Position numbers and translations under genes: made by a program
DNA from: Craspedostauros australis
Taxonomy: Eukaryota
Length of the DNA: 64,000 bases
Assembly (NCBI GenBank): GCA_030167865.1
Contig: JALAGF010000286.1
Span: 1-64,000, forward strand
Direction of reading: 5' to 3'
Notes under the pieces: generated by a model
Told to the model about the DNA's origin: nothing
The model's database searches: none
The model's input: only the letters and a program-made list of their open reading frames with translations
In this document: positions 11,962 to 23,649 of the stretch, piece after piece
Numbering within the stretch: the stretch's first letter is position 1
How the letters are laid out: each line of letters starts with the position of its first letter

Positions 11962-12832
11962 TTTTTGCGCAAATGCAGCGCCAAGCAAGAACAGAAGCCG
12001 CGTAGCAGTAGCAGCATCAGCAACAAATGACAAACAAACCTGTGGACAAGACAACCTAGACATCAATATCAGGCATCGTCGAGTCACATCAAGTCACAAG
12101 TCATTCTACTCAATACCGCTCGCAGGTCTGGATTCTTCGGAGAAATACGAGTATTGGATGGATCATGGTATGGTATGAGATGGGAGACGCAGTTCTCTGT
12201 GATCTCATGCTCTGATGCTGAGGTCATTCCGGGCAGTCCAGGCCCTGGATGGATGCACCAAGTGTGGTGCATTCATGCGCATCTTCTCCCTTGTACCAGT
12301 ACACATCCTTCCGCTCCGGCCAATTCAACTCAAGTCAATTCAAGTCAACGACATCCAATCCTCTCCAATTCAGTGTTAACACAAAGTAAAGTGCAACATA
12401 TCCACACATCGCCACTCAATAATCACAAGAACAGTGTCTTCGTTGTTGTTGTTTGTTTGTTGTGTGTGATGTACTATGAGTATTGCATGACGCGTACCAT
12501 ACGAAATGAACATCGGCGTCGTGGCGAGGTGGAGCGAAGACCACACCTGCGAGCTAAGAGCTGCGAGCCTCATGTCGTAACCAGCATCCACACAGCAGAG
12601 GCACCCGCGCACATCATACGACGCTTGCGGTCCATTTCGAGGAAAGCGAGATCGAGATGGATGGATGAATTTGATTGTGGAAGTAGCGGTAGATTATCTA
12701 TTGTGGTAAATGTATTCTGTCGATATCTCATTCAAGATATATCGAAAATTGGCTGTCAGTGCAGTTTGGACGTACTTGTGAATGAATGTATGTCAGTTTT
12801 CGAACAACAGCACAATTTGAGGATAGAGAGAT

Positions 12833-13052
12833 GACACTGACATCCACATCGAGATTTGCACCATCGGCCTCTACTGCTGCTGAGTGGACCTTAAGTTCCC
12901 GCGGGCCTGCATCACTGCGACATCGCGCTGCCTCTGTGTGAAGCGGGTCTTCATCCTTCCACCCGCCGCGGGGTATCGGTCTGTGCCTACTGCTGGTGAT
13001 CGTGCGTTCCCACATTCGGTTGCTGCGTGGATGCCGTGCCATGGACCGCTGG
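12833..13052 (+). pseudogene. Degenerate duplicate of the 3' half of the Cys-rich gene at 11560-11961
   Basis: EICTIGLYCC*VDLKFPRACITATSRCLCVKRVFILP aligns without gaps to EICKIGLVCCNLGLKTPQTCIAGTAHCLCMKEVVSLP. After a frameshift, VCAYCW*SCVPTFGCCVDA aligns to VCAICCLSLAPNCGCCVEA, and AMDR aligns to AMER. Confidence 0.85.
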
Positions 13053-13791
13053 GGAGCGGAATGCAGCCGAGGCATGAGAGGCAATCGAAAGCGGACAACG
13101 CTCATGCGCATCTCGCCGCGCTCTAATCCTCTCCTTTCGAACTGAATTCGTTTCAACGTTGAAGGAATGCCGTCGTCCAACAGAAAGTTATATGTGATGG
13201 GGTGGCACTGGATTTTGCACTCGCCGCAATATCCATAGCAGCATCCTTTTGCTCAATGCCATTACCTCGTTGCTGAGTGGTGAATCGAGAATAGCTCACC
13301 GAGTAGGGTATTTTGTTTGCCCACGCACCACCTCCCCTGCGTCTCAGGGACGTGTTTGGTTGGCAACCGAAAAAGGCGGCCCTTTCGTCGTTTCACTCGA
13401 GTTGGCAAATCACAAAGCGTCCTCCCACGAGCTCGAGCAGAAATAGACGGTCGCGTGGCATCAACTCGCCTGTATTGGGCAGGGGTCAGATTCAAGCGAC
13501 GGACGAGAGTCGAAGAGAAACGTTTGGATGTGATGTTGCTGTTGTTGTGCTACTTTTACTTTACTGATGTTATTTGTATGGGGTTCGTTCTCTTGTGGAC
13601 TTTATTCAACTGCGTTGTTGCTGTTGCGTCACGGACATCCAAATGTGTTCATGCTCTACGATGCCTGCATGTTGCATTTTTGTGTGTGTATGTATGTGTT
13701 TGTCGTCTGTTGGCTTTGCTTTTCCCTGCTTGCCTCCAGCGCACAGTGTCATGTACGAGTCGCGCTCGGACTGATGCTATTTCTAAGGGGC

Positions 13792-15693
13792 TTAGACTTC
13801 CTCAATGTCTGAAAGGATGTCATCGTTGAGCAGGCCATCGCCCAGGAGATCTCCGGTGGACGGTTCACCGAAGAGCTGTGCCACCTGCTGTGAGTCCAGG
13901 CTCGATCGCTGATGTTGCTTGCCATCGAGCGGCAAGGGAGCGAACATGTTGTCATCGAAGGCGCCGGCGAACTGGTGCTGCTTGGTGTGATGAGAAGTGA
14001 GCGCGGCGAATGCGGCCAGTGCTCCAAAGTTCAAAGGGGTGTTGTTGGCCTGTGGTTGCTGCTGCTGCTGCTCCTGTGACACATGGTCTGCGATGGTCTT
14101 GGAGAAGCTGCTTCTCAGCATCGGCATCTGGAGGAGACCAGAAGAAGTCACTGACTGTGTCATCATCTCCTGCTGCTGTGGTCTTTGCTGCTGCTGCTTC
14201 GTGTTGAAGCTCCCCTTGTTCATGTTCAAGGCACCCATTCGGATTGGCTCCACTGCAGCCGCAGCCGATGCGGATGGCACTGCGACTGGTGTTGGCGCTG
14301 ATGGCATGTGCGGAGGCGCGGCGAAGAGGTTGGAGACATCCCGGTTCAAGTCAATCGGTGGCGGCACGTACGTGTCCTGCACGGCTGGCGTAGCGGGCAT
14401 CTTGACGTTGTCCTCCTCCTTCATGTCCTTGAGCATGGCCTTGTTGGCTTGCACCAGCATCCTGGTGATCTCATTCTCATCGCTGGAGAAGAGGTTTTGC
14501 GAGACCTTGAGCATGTGCTCGTTCAATTCCTCTCCTGCGTTCTGCTGAATCTCCAATGGGCCTGGGGTGTTGGCCATGCGCTTGCGGACGGATTTGGCAC
14601 GGGAGCTGGACTTGTAGTCCATGTGGAGCCTGTCTCGGAAGCTGCAATCGCGAGAAAGTGAATTGTTGATGGATTGGTTGGGTGCAACGGTGATTGTTGG
14701 CGTTGGGACAGGCAAGTTGGAAAGACATGGTGTTAGAGTCTGTGATGGTTGGTGTGGTTGCCGTGTGCACGATCGGTCACTTGATCACCTACTCCAGGTA
14801 CACACAGGCACGGCACAGTACGCTATCATCAGCTGTCTAGATATTCGTGTTTCAAACATGACATGAAGCTTACCTTTGTCCGATTTTCTGCAAAGCAACA
14901 AGAGGGTTGAGACGAAGGAAAGGAAGAGAAAGGCAGGAAGGAAAGGGATGCAGACATGACAGGCGTGAGGTGATGATGCTTTTGGCTGGTGCTTCGCTCT
15001 GCTTCCGAAACTCTTATCGCCAACCACCGAAAAGGCCATCTCGCTTCGATTTCTTCGCTTTCACGACCAACAACAACAGAAGCAGTAGCGAGATGAACAG
15101 AGACAACGCCATGGACGATAACAACAGTGGAGACTCACCTCGCGGGCCCAATGATCTCCAACCTCGTACCATCCGCCGTTGGCAAACTTGACGAATCCAC
15201 CCTCCGGGCTCTGCGCGCGGACGGTGTCAACGATGTGCCAGACGATGTTTGACTTCTCGTGCTTGGTGGATGCGGCACGGTATCTGTCGAGGCTGACATC
15301 GACGGTGAGGCGCATGCGGCGGTTGCCTGTGTGGTTTGAAAAAAGGTGTTGCAAGTGCAGTGCAAGGGAAGAAAACGGAAGAGGTTGGCGTCAGCACATG
15401 ACGTGCGCGGAAGGCAAGGAGCCTGGGGCTCGCGACATCTTCAAGGAGCTGTGCTTTCCTTTGCCGAACACATGCGTCCAGCTGCAGCTGTGATCATCGT
15501 GATGATAGCACGTACCGACGTGTTCCCGAGCATCCTTGCCACGAGCGCAGATGACATCGAATGGACCGGGCTCGAACTCCGGCTTGAGCGGACGCCACTT
15601 GGTGCTGACCTTGGATCTCTTTGCGGTCTTGGCGCGGCTGGTCTTGGGGCCTGCCGAAGCAGACTTGGCTTCCATTACGGCGATAGAACTCAT
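13792..15693 (-). CDS. DUF6824-domain diatom protein (putative transcription regulator, ~409 aa); exons 15693-15516, 15326-15139, 14887-14874 (14-nt micro-exon), 14641-13792
   Basis: The spliced product reads FDVICARGKDAREHVGNRRMR...GGFVK...WYEVGDHWAREKIGQSFRDRLH. All three introns are GT-AG and phase-compatible (1230 nt total). The C-terminus is Q-rich and acidic. Confidence 0.88.
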
Positions 15694-17330
15694 GGTGGAA
15701 TGGAATGTATGAATTGAAGCTTGGCAATATGATGGGGTGGGACGTGGTGGAGCAGAATGTTATGCGACTTGATGGATAGGATGCAGTGTGAGCTGTAGTG
15801 GCGTGAAGTTGTGGCGGTTGTTGTTGAATGTTGTTGTTGGTCTTCTTGTGTCGATGTTGGTGTTGGTGTTCTTGCTTGTGAGGTTGTGGAGGTGAGGTCG
15901 GCAGTGAGGATGCTGGCGGTGGTGGTGCTGCTGTTGCTGCTGCTCTTGCTGTTGTGACTGCTGTCGCTGTTATCCCCCTGTTGTTGTTGTTGTTCTTGTT
16001 GTTCCTGTTGTCGTTGCCGCGGCGAAGCGACAACCATGCGGAAGCGTTGCTGGAAACTTCTCGCGCGTCGCGGTGTATCTGTTGTCGTGTCGTGGTGCCT
16101 AGTCGCCGCTGCTTCCCGGCTTCAGCATTTCTGCGTGGTGCTTCGCGTGGTCCACCAAGATGGATGTACCAACAATTAATCATCCGCCTGTGGCACTTTC
16201 CCTTGTTCCTTGCATACGGTGGAAACTGCCAAACCACGCACAGACAAACACACAACAGACAAAGTTCTGGGCGTAATTCTGCACAGGGGACACACAACAC
16301 ACAGAACGCCACGTTGTTTGGAAACGAGAACAGAACGCGCGCCATGTGTCCCGTTCGTGATAGTGCCAATAGCAGCGAAGCCGAATAATGTTTGGGCTAT
16401 TGCTGGCACTGACATGGCTTTGAACTTCGCAAGCTTTGTACCTTTCACGATATCATGCTTATAAATGTGAATGTATGTATGTCGCATATTCTGTCGTAGA
16501 TACGTCGCATTATCTCTTCACCAGCTTTCGATCTGTGACCATCCAGGCATCGTTCCGATCCCGAGTTTCTTTTTGAATCACATCACGAACAACATCATTT
16601 GAGACTTATTTAGATCCTACCAAAGAGAAACTTTGTCAGAACTTGAAGCATGTTTGTAATCGAATTTATCGTAAGAAAGAATGGACAAGTCAACTGAATC
16701 ACGGGTTCCCTGCGTCATTCACGACTGACGAAAGCACTGAGTCACTGGTTCCGAGGCCACCGATTTTGGTTCCACGCAATCAATCCAACCAACAGATTTT
16801 CGCCGCAAAGCGAAACAACGACGAAGGCACTTTCGTCGCCTCGCAGCCACACGCGCAGTTTCGCAGAACATGAAAAACACGATCTTGCGAACTCACGCGC
16901 ACCATCCAACAACGAGAGCGACGCCGACGTCAACATCAACATCGTTGAGTAGAGAGCAGTCCACATCATCACCAACATCTGCCAATCCATCACCTCTCTC
17001 TTGGACTACGCACTCCATCAGCGTTGTTGATTGCAAACAAAGGCAACAGAGATAGCTTGCATTCATTCTGCAAACAATACACATCACTTACGCTGAAGCA
17101 TAGGGGCATCAAGCATCACCGACGCTCCATTGGTACCAACAGATTGCGCACTGACTCTTCGAAGGATTAACATCCTGACCAAACTGAATTCAGAGACCCC
17201 ATCTGATTTCGTTTGATTTCATTGATTTCAACGCATCAAAACCCGACGATAGCGAGATAGGCAGATATTCTATAATCGTTGGAAGGAGACGAATCGACCC
17301 TCACAGTCTGAATCCACATCAAATCACAAG

Positions 17331-19129
17331 ATGAAGCTCACATCCACCATCGCTCTGGTCGGCATCATGGCCGCCCCGGTGGTCGCCTTCGCACCATCAC
17401 AGCAACGCACACGCCTGCAGCAAATGGCAAGATCGAGAACTAGCAACCCTGCCGCACCCGTCAATCCTGACACTGCCACAGCTCTCTTCATGTCCACGCG
17501 CAACCAAACGGGCAAGGACTTTTACCAGATTCTCGGCGTCGATCGCAATGCCGATGGTGCCACCATCAAGAGGGCCTACCGCCAATTGGCAAGGAAATTC
17601 CATCCAGGTGCGTTCTGCTCTTTGCAATTGCATTGAATTGCATGGTGCTATACTCTATGCGGGTATGAGTGCCAGCGCGGGTGGAAGCGGGGGAGTGTTT
17701 GTATTGGGGCACCTGTATGAGCGAGCGTGCTGTATTCCAGACTGTGCTTCATACTCTATTGCTGTTGCATGCCATCCCACTGCGCTTTTTTCGTTTCTTG
17801 CCTTTTTCCGTTCTGGTCCTCGTCTGGAGATGAGGAAGACGATCATGTACCCTCGAGTGGTACGATAGTCTGGAACGCAATTGCAACAGATCGCATGAGA
17901 GTGCTCCAGTGGAATCCAGATGCAGCACTCTTCCAATGATGCGCATTATCCAACCCCTCCAACCATTCACTCGCTCACGCATGCATCCATTCATTCTTTC
18001 TTTCATCAATTCCACCAATCGATCAATTCATCAATCCATCCTTATTCCCTCCCTCATCACAGATGCCAACCCCAACGAGGACACCACAGAGAAATTCCAG
18101 GAGGTCAACCGCGCCTACGAGGTCCTCACTGACCCCGATCTCAAGAAGAAGTACGACATGTTCGGTGAGCAGGGCATCGGAACTTCAGCGGCCTCCGACC
18201 AGCAGGCGGGATCGCCCTTCGGAGGTGGAGGCGGCTCGGGATTCGGACAGGAGGTCGACCTCGGAGACATCTTCGATTCCTTCTTCGGAGGCGGTGGCTC
18301 CGGCATGGGCGGCAACCGCGGAGGCCGCACGCGCGGACCCATCGTCGGTGACGACCTGCGCTTCGATCTCGAGATTGATTTCAAGACGGCCATCTTTGGA
18401 GGAGAGGAGAAGGTGCGCATCCGACACCTCGAAACATGCGACAGCTGTTCGGGAACCGGCGTCAAGCCAGGCAGCAAGGTCAGCACATGCGGAACGTGCC
18501 GTGGATCCGGTGTCACGGTGCAGGTCACGCGCACGCCGCTCGGGAACTTCCAGACCCAGCAGACGTGCCCCACCTGCCGCGGAACCGGTGAGATCGTCGA
18601 GGAGTACTGCGGCAGCTGCGGCGGACAGGGTCTCATCCAAAAGACCAAGCAGATCAAGGTCACCGTGCCACCAGGTGTGGAGAACGGCAACAAACTGCGG
18701 GTGCGCGAGGAGGGTGACGCCGGTCCCAACGGCGGACCCAAGGGAGATCTCTACATCTTCCTCAGCGTCAAGGAGGATCCCAATTTCCGTCGCGAGGGAC
18801 CCGAAATTTACTCCGACGAGAGCATCAGCTACATCGACGCCATCCTGGGCAATTCCATCAAGACGCCAGTCGTCGATGGCGAGGTCACGATCAAAATCCC
18901 GCCCGGCACGCAACCGGGACAGGTCATGCGGCTCAAGGGCAACGGTGCGCCAAGGTTGAGCCGGCCTTCCGAGCGTGGAGATCATTACGTCACGATCAAT
19001 GTCGAAATTCCAAAGGACTTGGGGGATGACGAGAAGAAGTTGATCCAGCAGCTCAAGGATCTGCAAGAGAGCAAGGCGAAGGGAGGCGCCAAGAAGGAGA
19101 AGAAGGGATTCTTTGGTCGCAAGGATTAG
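17331..19129 (+). CDS. dnaJ: Type I DnaJ (Hsp40), plastid-targeted; exons 17331-17607 and 18063-19129
   Basis: Signal peptide followed by VAFAP (ASAFAP-type motif). The HPD motif of the J-domain is restored across intron 17608-18062. G/F region, four CxxCxGxG repeats and the C-terminal domain are present. Confidence 0.96.
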
Positions 19130-19650
19130 GAAGTTCCATTCAGAGAGAGAATGGTAGGACGCTGCAGCGCAACACGCAACGAGGTTGGGTGATGGAAGCA
19201 TCAGCGTGATGAAAGAGCATAACGCCGAGACGATCGTTTGGATATAAAAGTTGAATGAGTGAATGAACGAATAACGCAGTAATAGGCAGGATCGGTTTTG
19301 TTCTTTTTCTTGCTCTTTGCGCAATCTTCGCCGTAGCGAGTAGTCTGTCATACTCTGACTACCTATTACGAGGGTGCTCGAAGAATGTATCGAGCTGCGG
19401 GTCGAGAGTATTCAGGCGCAGCGGGTACCATTCTTCAACACGCTGGATCCGGAGACAGTTATCCTATCCTGTTCCATCTTCGTCAAGTTGACTGTCACAT
19501 CCGTATTATATGATACAGTGCTAATTGGCTTTACTTCACTTTGCTCGACTCTACTCTAATCCAAAGTATTATATTATGTTATATTCTGCTTCATTCCACT
19601 TCGCTGTGGTATTATATGATTCAATCGCCCTGCGTTGCATTGCATTGCAT

Positions 19651-20727
19651 TCACCGCACCAACCGGAATGCCGCGCCCGTTTTATCGCGCACGACCTTGA
19701 CCAGCGCCCCCGAATGCGGCCGCAACGACGGAGTCTTGGTCCAATTGCCAATCTCCTTGGCGATATCGTCGGGTTGCACCCACGTATCGAAGTTTCCATC
19801 GGGCATGGATTTGCGATTGGCCGGCGTATCGATGGTGGTGGGCAGCACGCCGACGACGGACAGCGTGTCCAAGTAAGGCGCATGCTTGCGCACTGGCTGC
19901 ATCGCCTTGCGCTTGGCCTTGGTGACGTTCGATTTGAGGGTCGTTTCGCCCACGGTGTAGACGACGTGATGCGCGGCCAGCTTGCTGATGCCGTAGCCCA
20001 TCATTCCGGGCGTGGCGTTGAGCGCGGCCGTGGCCCCGATGATGACGAAGAGGCCGTCGGCGTTCATGTGCTGGTGCGCGGCAAAGTTGGCGGCGAGGGG
20101 TGGATGCAAATTGACCTGCAGCATCTGTTCGATGGATTCGGAGTAGTTGTGGGCGATGTCGCAGACCTCGTCATGGGTGTGGGTTGGATACGGCATCTTG
20201 GGATCCATCTGGAAGCCGCCGGCGGCGCAGACGATGACATCGAGCTTGGTGTCGTCGCCGTTGGATTTGAGGATGCCGGACAGGCCCTCCAACAGGCTGG
20301 TGGTCATGTGGCCCAATCCGGCATCGCCGGTGACCTGAACGAAACCGCCGTTGACTCCGTGTTTGGCAAGCTGGTCGTTTGTGGGAGCACCGCCGGAAGC
20401 ATCCGCGGCCTTCCGCAGCCCTTTGGGAGCCACGACGTCCGCGCCGATCACGTTCATGTCGTACTGCTTCGACAAGGCCTGCGCAATGACGCGTCCCAGC
20501 GAGCCCGATGATCCCAGGACCAAGGCCGTCTTCTTATCCCTGTTGGGTTCATCGTCGGGGCTGTAGAATTTGGTGCTGAAGGACCGTCTCCTGGTGTTGC
20601 TGAGCGCGGGTATCCGTCCATCGTTGATTGCTCTGCAGGCATTCACCAGCGCTATCCTTCTCATCGATCCTGACAAGCGCGATGGCAAGGGTGCTGAAAG
20701 CAGCTTCCGAAGACCTGACGAGGACAT
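19651..20727 (-). CDS. QDPR: Dihydropteridine reductase (SDR family) with a mitochondrial-type presequence
   Basis: Motifs ALVLGSSGSLG, VCAAGGF, GATAALNATPGMMGYGISKLAAHH and LPTTIDTPANRKSMPDGNFDTWV match QDPR. The N-terminus is Arg/Ser-rich and ends in RRSFS. Confidence 0.9.
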   Translation of the reverse strand: MSSSGLRKLLSAPLPSRLSGSMRRIALVNACRAINDGRIPALSNTRRRSFSTKFYSPDDEPNRDKKTALVLGSSGSLGRVIAQALSKQYDMNVIGADVVAPKGLRKAADASGGAPTNDQLAKHGVNGGFVQVTGDAGLGHMTTSLLEGLSGILKSNGDDTKLDVIVCAAGGFQMDPKMPYPTHTHDEVCDIAHNYSESIEQMLQVNLHPPLAANFAAHQHMNADGLFVIIGATAALNATPGMMGYGISKLAAHHVVYTVGETTLKSNVTKAKRKAMQPVRKHAPYLDTLSVVGVLPTTIDTPANRKSMPDGNFDTWVQPDDIAKEIGNWTKTPSLRPHSGALVKVVRDKTGAAFRLVR

Positions 20728-21537
20728 CTTGAGGAGCAGCAACTGTGTTGGTGCTGAATGAATCGGCAGCAGCAGGGTACGATCTGCGAGTACGGGGTAC
20801 TACTATGATGGACATCATCTTGCCTGCTCCGCCCACACTCGCCATGATGCCTCTCGCATCGAAAACGCGAACACAGATGATGAATGCAAACTGTTGGCTG
20901 GGATCATTCTGGATCGTTGTGTGGTCACGTTGGCCGCATCAGTAGTCGACCAGATCGAATGCTCGATTTCGGCACTCTGCTTTGTTTCAGTCCCAATTCA
21001 GGAAGTAGGTGGAGAAAATCGAAAATAGTCAGTGGATCCGAGCGCTCTATCCGCGCTTTTCGCACCTGAAATTCGGAGGCACCCAAGACCAAAAGCGCAG
21101 CGGAGTGAACAAGTAGAAAATGATCTGTGTTCTTCTGCGTCAAGTGCTCTCCTTCTCCTGCGTCCACATTGTTCTGTCTGCAGGTCTCTGTCTCAATCGG
21201 CGATCTCCATCAATTCCTCCATCTGGCTCGGGAAACATAACATTTCTCTCGGAAGCGGAGCGTCGCTGCCCGTCTGGGTGCTACGAAGTCCATGGAACAT
21301 GTATTACACGATGACAGTGGAGGATAGTGGAGCAGAACAGGGTGGAGTGGATTGAAGCGGGGGACATGAATCTTCTCTGGCAGAAGGGAGTTGATCTTCC
21401 AATCATTCTCACAAAATGCATCTTCGGTCGCAGCAAAGCAGGCAAGGCAAGAAGAAGCAACTGCAACAGCATCATCTTCACCATAGATCGTACACGTGAG
21501 CCAACCAAGAGGACAAACACACACAAAGACGAGCACG

Positions 21538-23430
21538 ATGGAGACCGAGAACCTCACAAACCGAGAGTTTGACGAGGGTTTCGGATCTTCACCGTTGTCA
21601 TTCGCCATGCCAAGCCCCACGGCTTCTGCTGAGCAGCCAGCAGCACACACGTACAACAACAGTGATGCAACGCCTGCCCAACTGCCCAGTCGGAATACCA
21701 CCACCACAGTCTCACCAGATGTGAACTCGATGCCGACTTCCAACTCATGCGCGCCCATCACATTCAACATGCATGTGAACGCGCACATCAATGTGACCAT
21801 GACTGCGCCACCATTGAACAATGGCGCTGGCAATATAAACACCACATCTCCCAGGTCGCCGGAGATGGATGCTTATGGGATGCGCGGTCATGGATCGGAT
21901 CCCTGCGAGGACACGCTGCAGTCCATCAACTGCGGATGGATGGATTTCCTCCAATCCGCTCGACGCATGCAGTCATTTTCGGCTGCGCTGCCACCAACAC
22001 CCAACGTGATTGTATCACAAGCGTCAGCCGGTGCGATGCGTGACGAATACAAACTGATCAATCCACAGACGATCTCCAAGCCGGTGTCGGCATCGAGGAT
22101 CCGCAAGCCAGCTTCCCCGGCACCATGCTGTTCGAGATCGATGTCCCGCGCCATCGATGACGGCGGCATCCGCAAGCACAAGTCCACCATCACAGAAACC
22201 GACCGCTTCCTGGCCAAGGAGCTCAACGACCTCACTGTCGAAGAACGCAACATTACTTACGAGGAGATCCACGGCCTGCCCCATCTCACCGACGAGACTG
22301 CGGAGTCCAACCGCGCCGTCCTCAAAGAGCTGGAAGCCTGCCTGAGGGACATACCACGCAAGCCCGCCTACGACAAGGCTCTCTTCCTCGCACCAAAGTA
22401 CGTTCGGAACGAAGACTTCCGCATGGGATTCCTCAGGGCCGGTTGCTTCGATCCGCAACAGACTGCACACCGCATGGTTGCGTACTTCGAAACGAAGCAG
22501 AGCCTCTTCGGTCAGGATCTCATCGCCAGGGACATCGAGCTGCGCGACCTATCCGAGAAGGAACGTGAGCACCTTAACGGCGGTTCGCTGCAATGTATGC
22601 CTTCCATGCGGGACAAGGCGGGGCGGTTGATCTTCTTCTCGTACGGTCAGTTCCACAGGGAGATCGACATTGACACCTCCACGCGCTGCTCGTGGTTCAT
22701 CCTGGAGACGGCCTTTCGCAACAACGTGGAAGCGCAGCGCAAGGGCTTGGTCGTCATCATCTACCTCACGGGCATCACGGAGCTGTCCCTCACCATCCAG
22801 GAGCTCTTTCTCACCAAATGCTCCAAGCTCAGCAGGGCCATGCCCCTCCGCCATGCCTCCGTTCATATCTGCTACAGCGTCCCGCAGGCCAAGCCCTTCG
22901 TCGGATTGCTCATGTTGAAGATGACCAAGGAGGCGAGGATGCGGTACCGCTGCCACTACGGTTCCCACACCGAGGTGCAGTACGAAATGCAATCGTACGG
23001 CATCCTGACCAGCACTCTGCCGGTCATGGAGGACGGCACACCGCGCAAGACCAAGCTGCTGGAATACCTTGTGCGCATAGAGGAGGAGGAGGAAGCGCGA
23101 CACTCCATTGTCTCACCTGTGCACCCCAAATCCAACGACGTCCTGCTCGGTCGCGGACGGCCATACCAAACGCACAGCGGCAACCTGCGCCTCTCCCAGC
23201 TGATCGAGGATCATCTGGCCCCGTACCGCGCCTGTGGTCACGGTGGCAAAGGGCTCATGTGCACATCCATCGTGCAGATGGTGCACGATTTCGGTGGTCG
23301 ATTTTTGAAACGCAACGACGAATGGGAGGTTGTATCGGATGCCATTGCCGAGACCAAGGTCAGCCATTCATTCCGATCCAAATTCAAATTGATTCGGCGC
23401 AAGGAGCAGAAGAACAAGAGGCGTGCGTGA
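21538..23430 (+). CDS. CRAL-TRIO-like plus C-terminal DUF6824 domain protein (diatom-expanded family); start uncertain
   Basis: FRMGFLRAGCFDPQQTAHRMVAYF, RDKAGR and PLRHASVHIC are CRAL-TRIO-like. NDVLLGRGRPYQTHSGNLR...GGRFLK...WEVVSD...KVSHSFR is DUF6824-like. Confidence 0.85.
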   Translation: METENLTNREFDEGFGSSPLSFAMPSPTASAEQPAAHTYNNSDATPAQLPSRNTTTTVSPDVNSMPTSNSCAPITFNMHVNAHINVTMTAPPLNNGAGNINTTSPRSPEMDAYGMRGHGSDPCEDTLQSINCGWMDFLQSARRMQSFSAALPPTPNVIVSQASAGAMRDEYKLINPQTISKPVSASRIRKPASPAPCCSRSMSRAIDDGGIRKHKSTITETDRFLAKELNDLTVEERNITYEEIHGLPHLTDETAESNRAVLKELEACLRDIPRKPAYDKALFLAPKYVRNEDFRMGFLRAGCFDPQQTAHRMVAYFETKQSLFGQDLIARDIELRDLSEKEREHLNGGSLQCMPSMRDKAGRLIFFSYGQFHREIDIDTSTRCSWFILETAFRNNVEAQRKGLVVIIYLTGITELSLTIQELFLTKCSKLSRAMPLRHASVHICYSVPQAKPFVGLLMLKMTKEARMRYRCHYGSHTEVQYEMQSYGILTSTLPVMEDGTPRKTKLLEYLVRIEEEEEARHSIVSPVHPKSNDVLLGRGRPYQTHSGNLRLSQLIEDHLAPYRACGHGGKGLMCTSIVQMVHDFGGRFLKRNDEWEVVSDAIAETKVSHSFRSKFKLIRRKEQKNKRRA

Positions 23431-23649
23431 ACAGTCGTACTCGTGCTCTCATTGTGCAGGATGAGTGACAGTCTCCGATGAATGCGGTGAGAATGAACGC
23501 ATTGTTAACATAGTATTACATGATCATATAATATGATATAATATGATATGATTCAATGCATACTTGCAGCACGAGCCTACCCCAGCTATACCCTATCCAA
23601 GATCCCTTCACTGCTCCACCCTGCCTTGATTTATTCCCTTTGGGAGACT

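Noticed and set aside
12881-12883. In-frame TGA in a Cys-rich frame read as selenocysteine
   Set aside because: The TGA aligns to Asn rather than Cys, and the segment also has frameshifts, a second stop and no 5' half, so a pseudogene is the simpler explanation.
15720-16400. Low-complexity ORFs upstream of the DUF6824 gene
   Set aside because: CAA-rich sequence typical of a 5' UTR, with no recognisable coding motif.
18063-20511. Long alternative-frame and antisense ORFs over dnaJ and QDPR (similar ones over rnhB, the ABC ATPase and DCP2)
   Set aside because: These are expected shadows of GC3-rich coding sequence.
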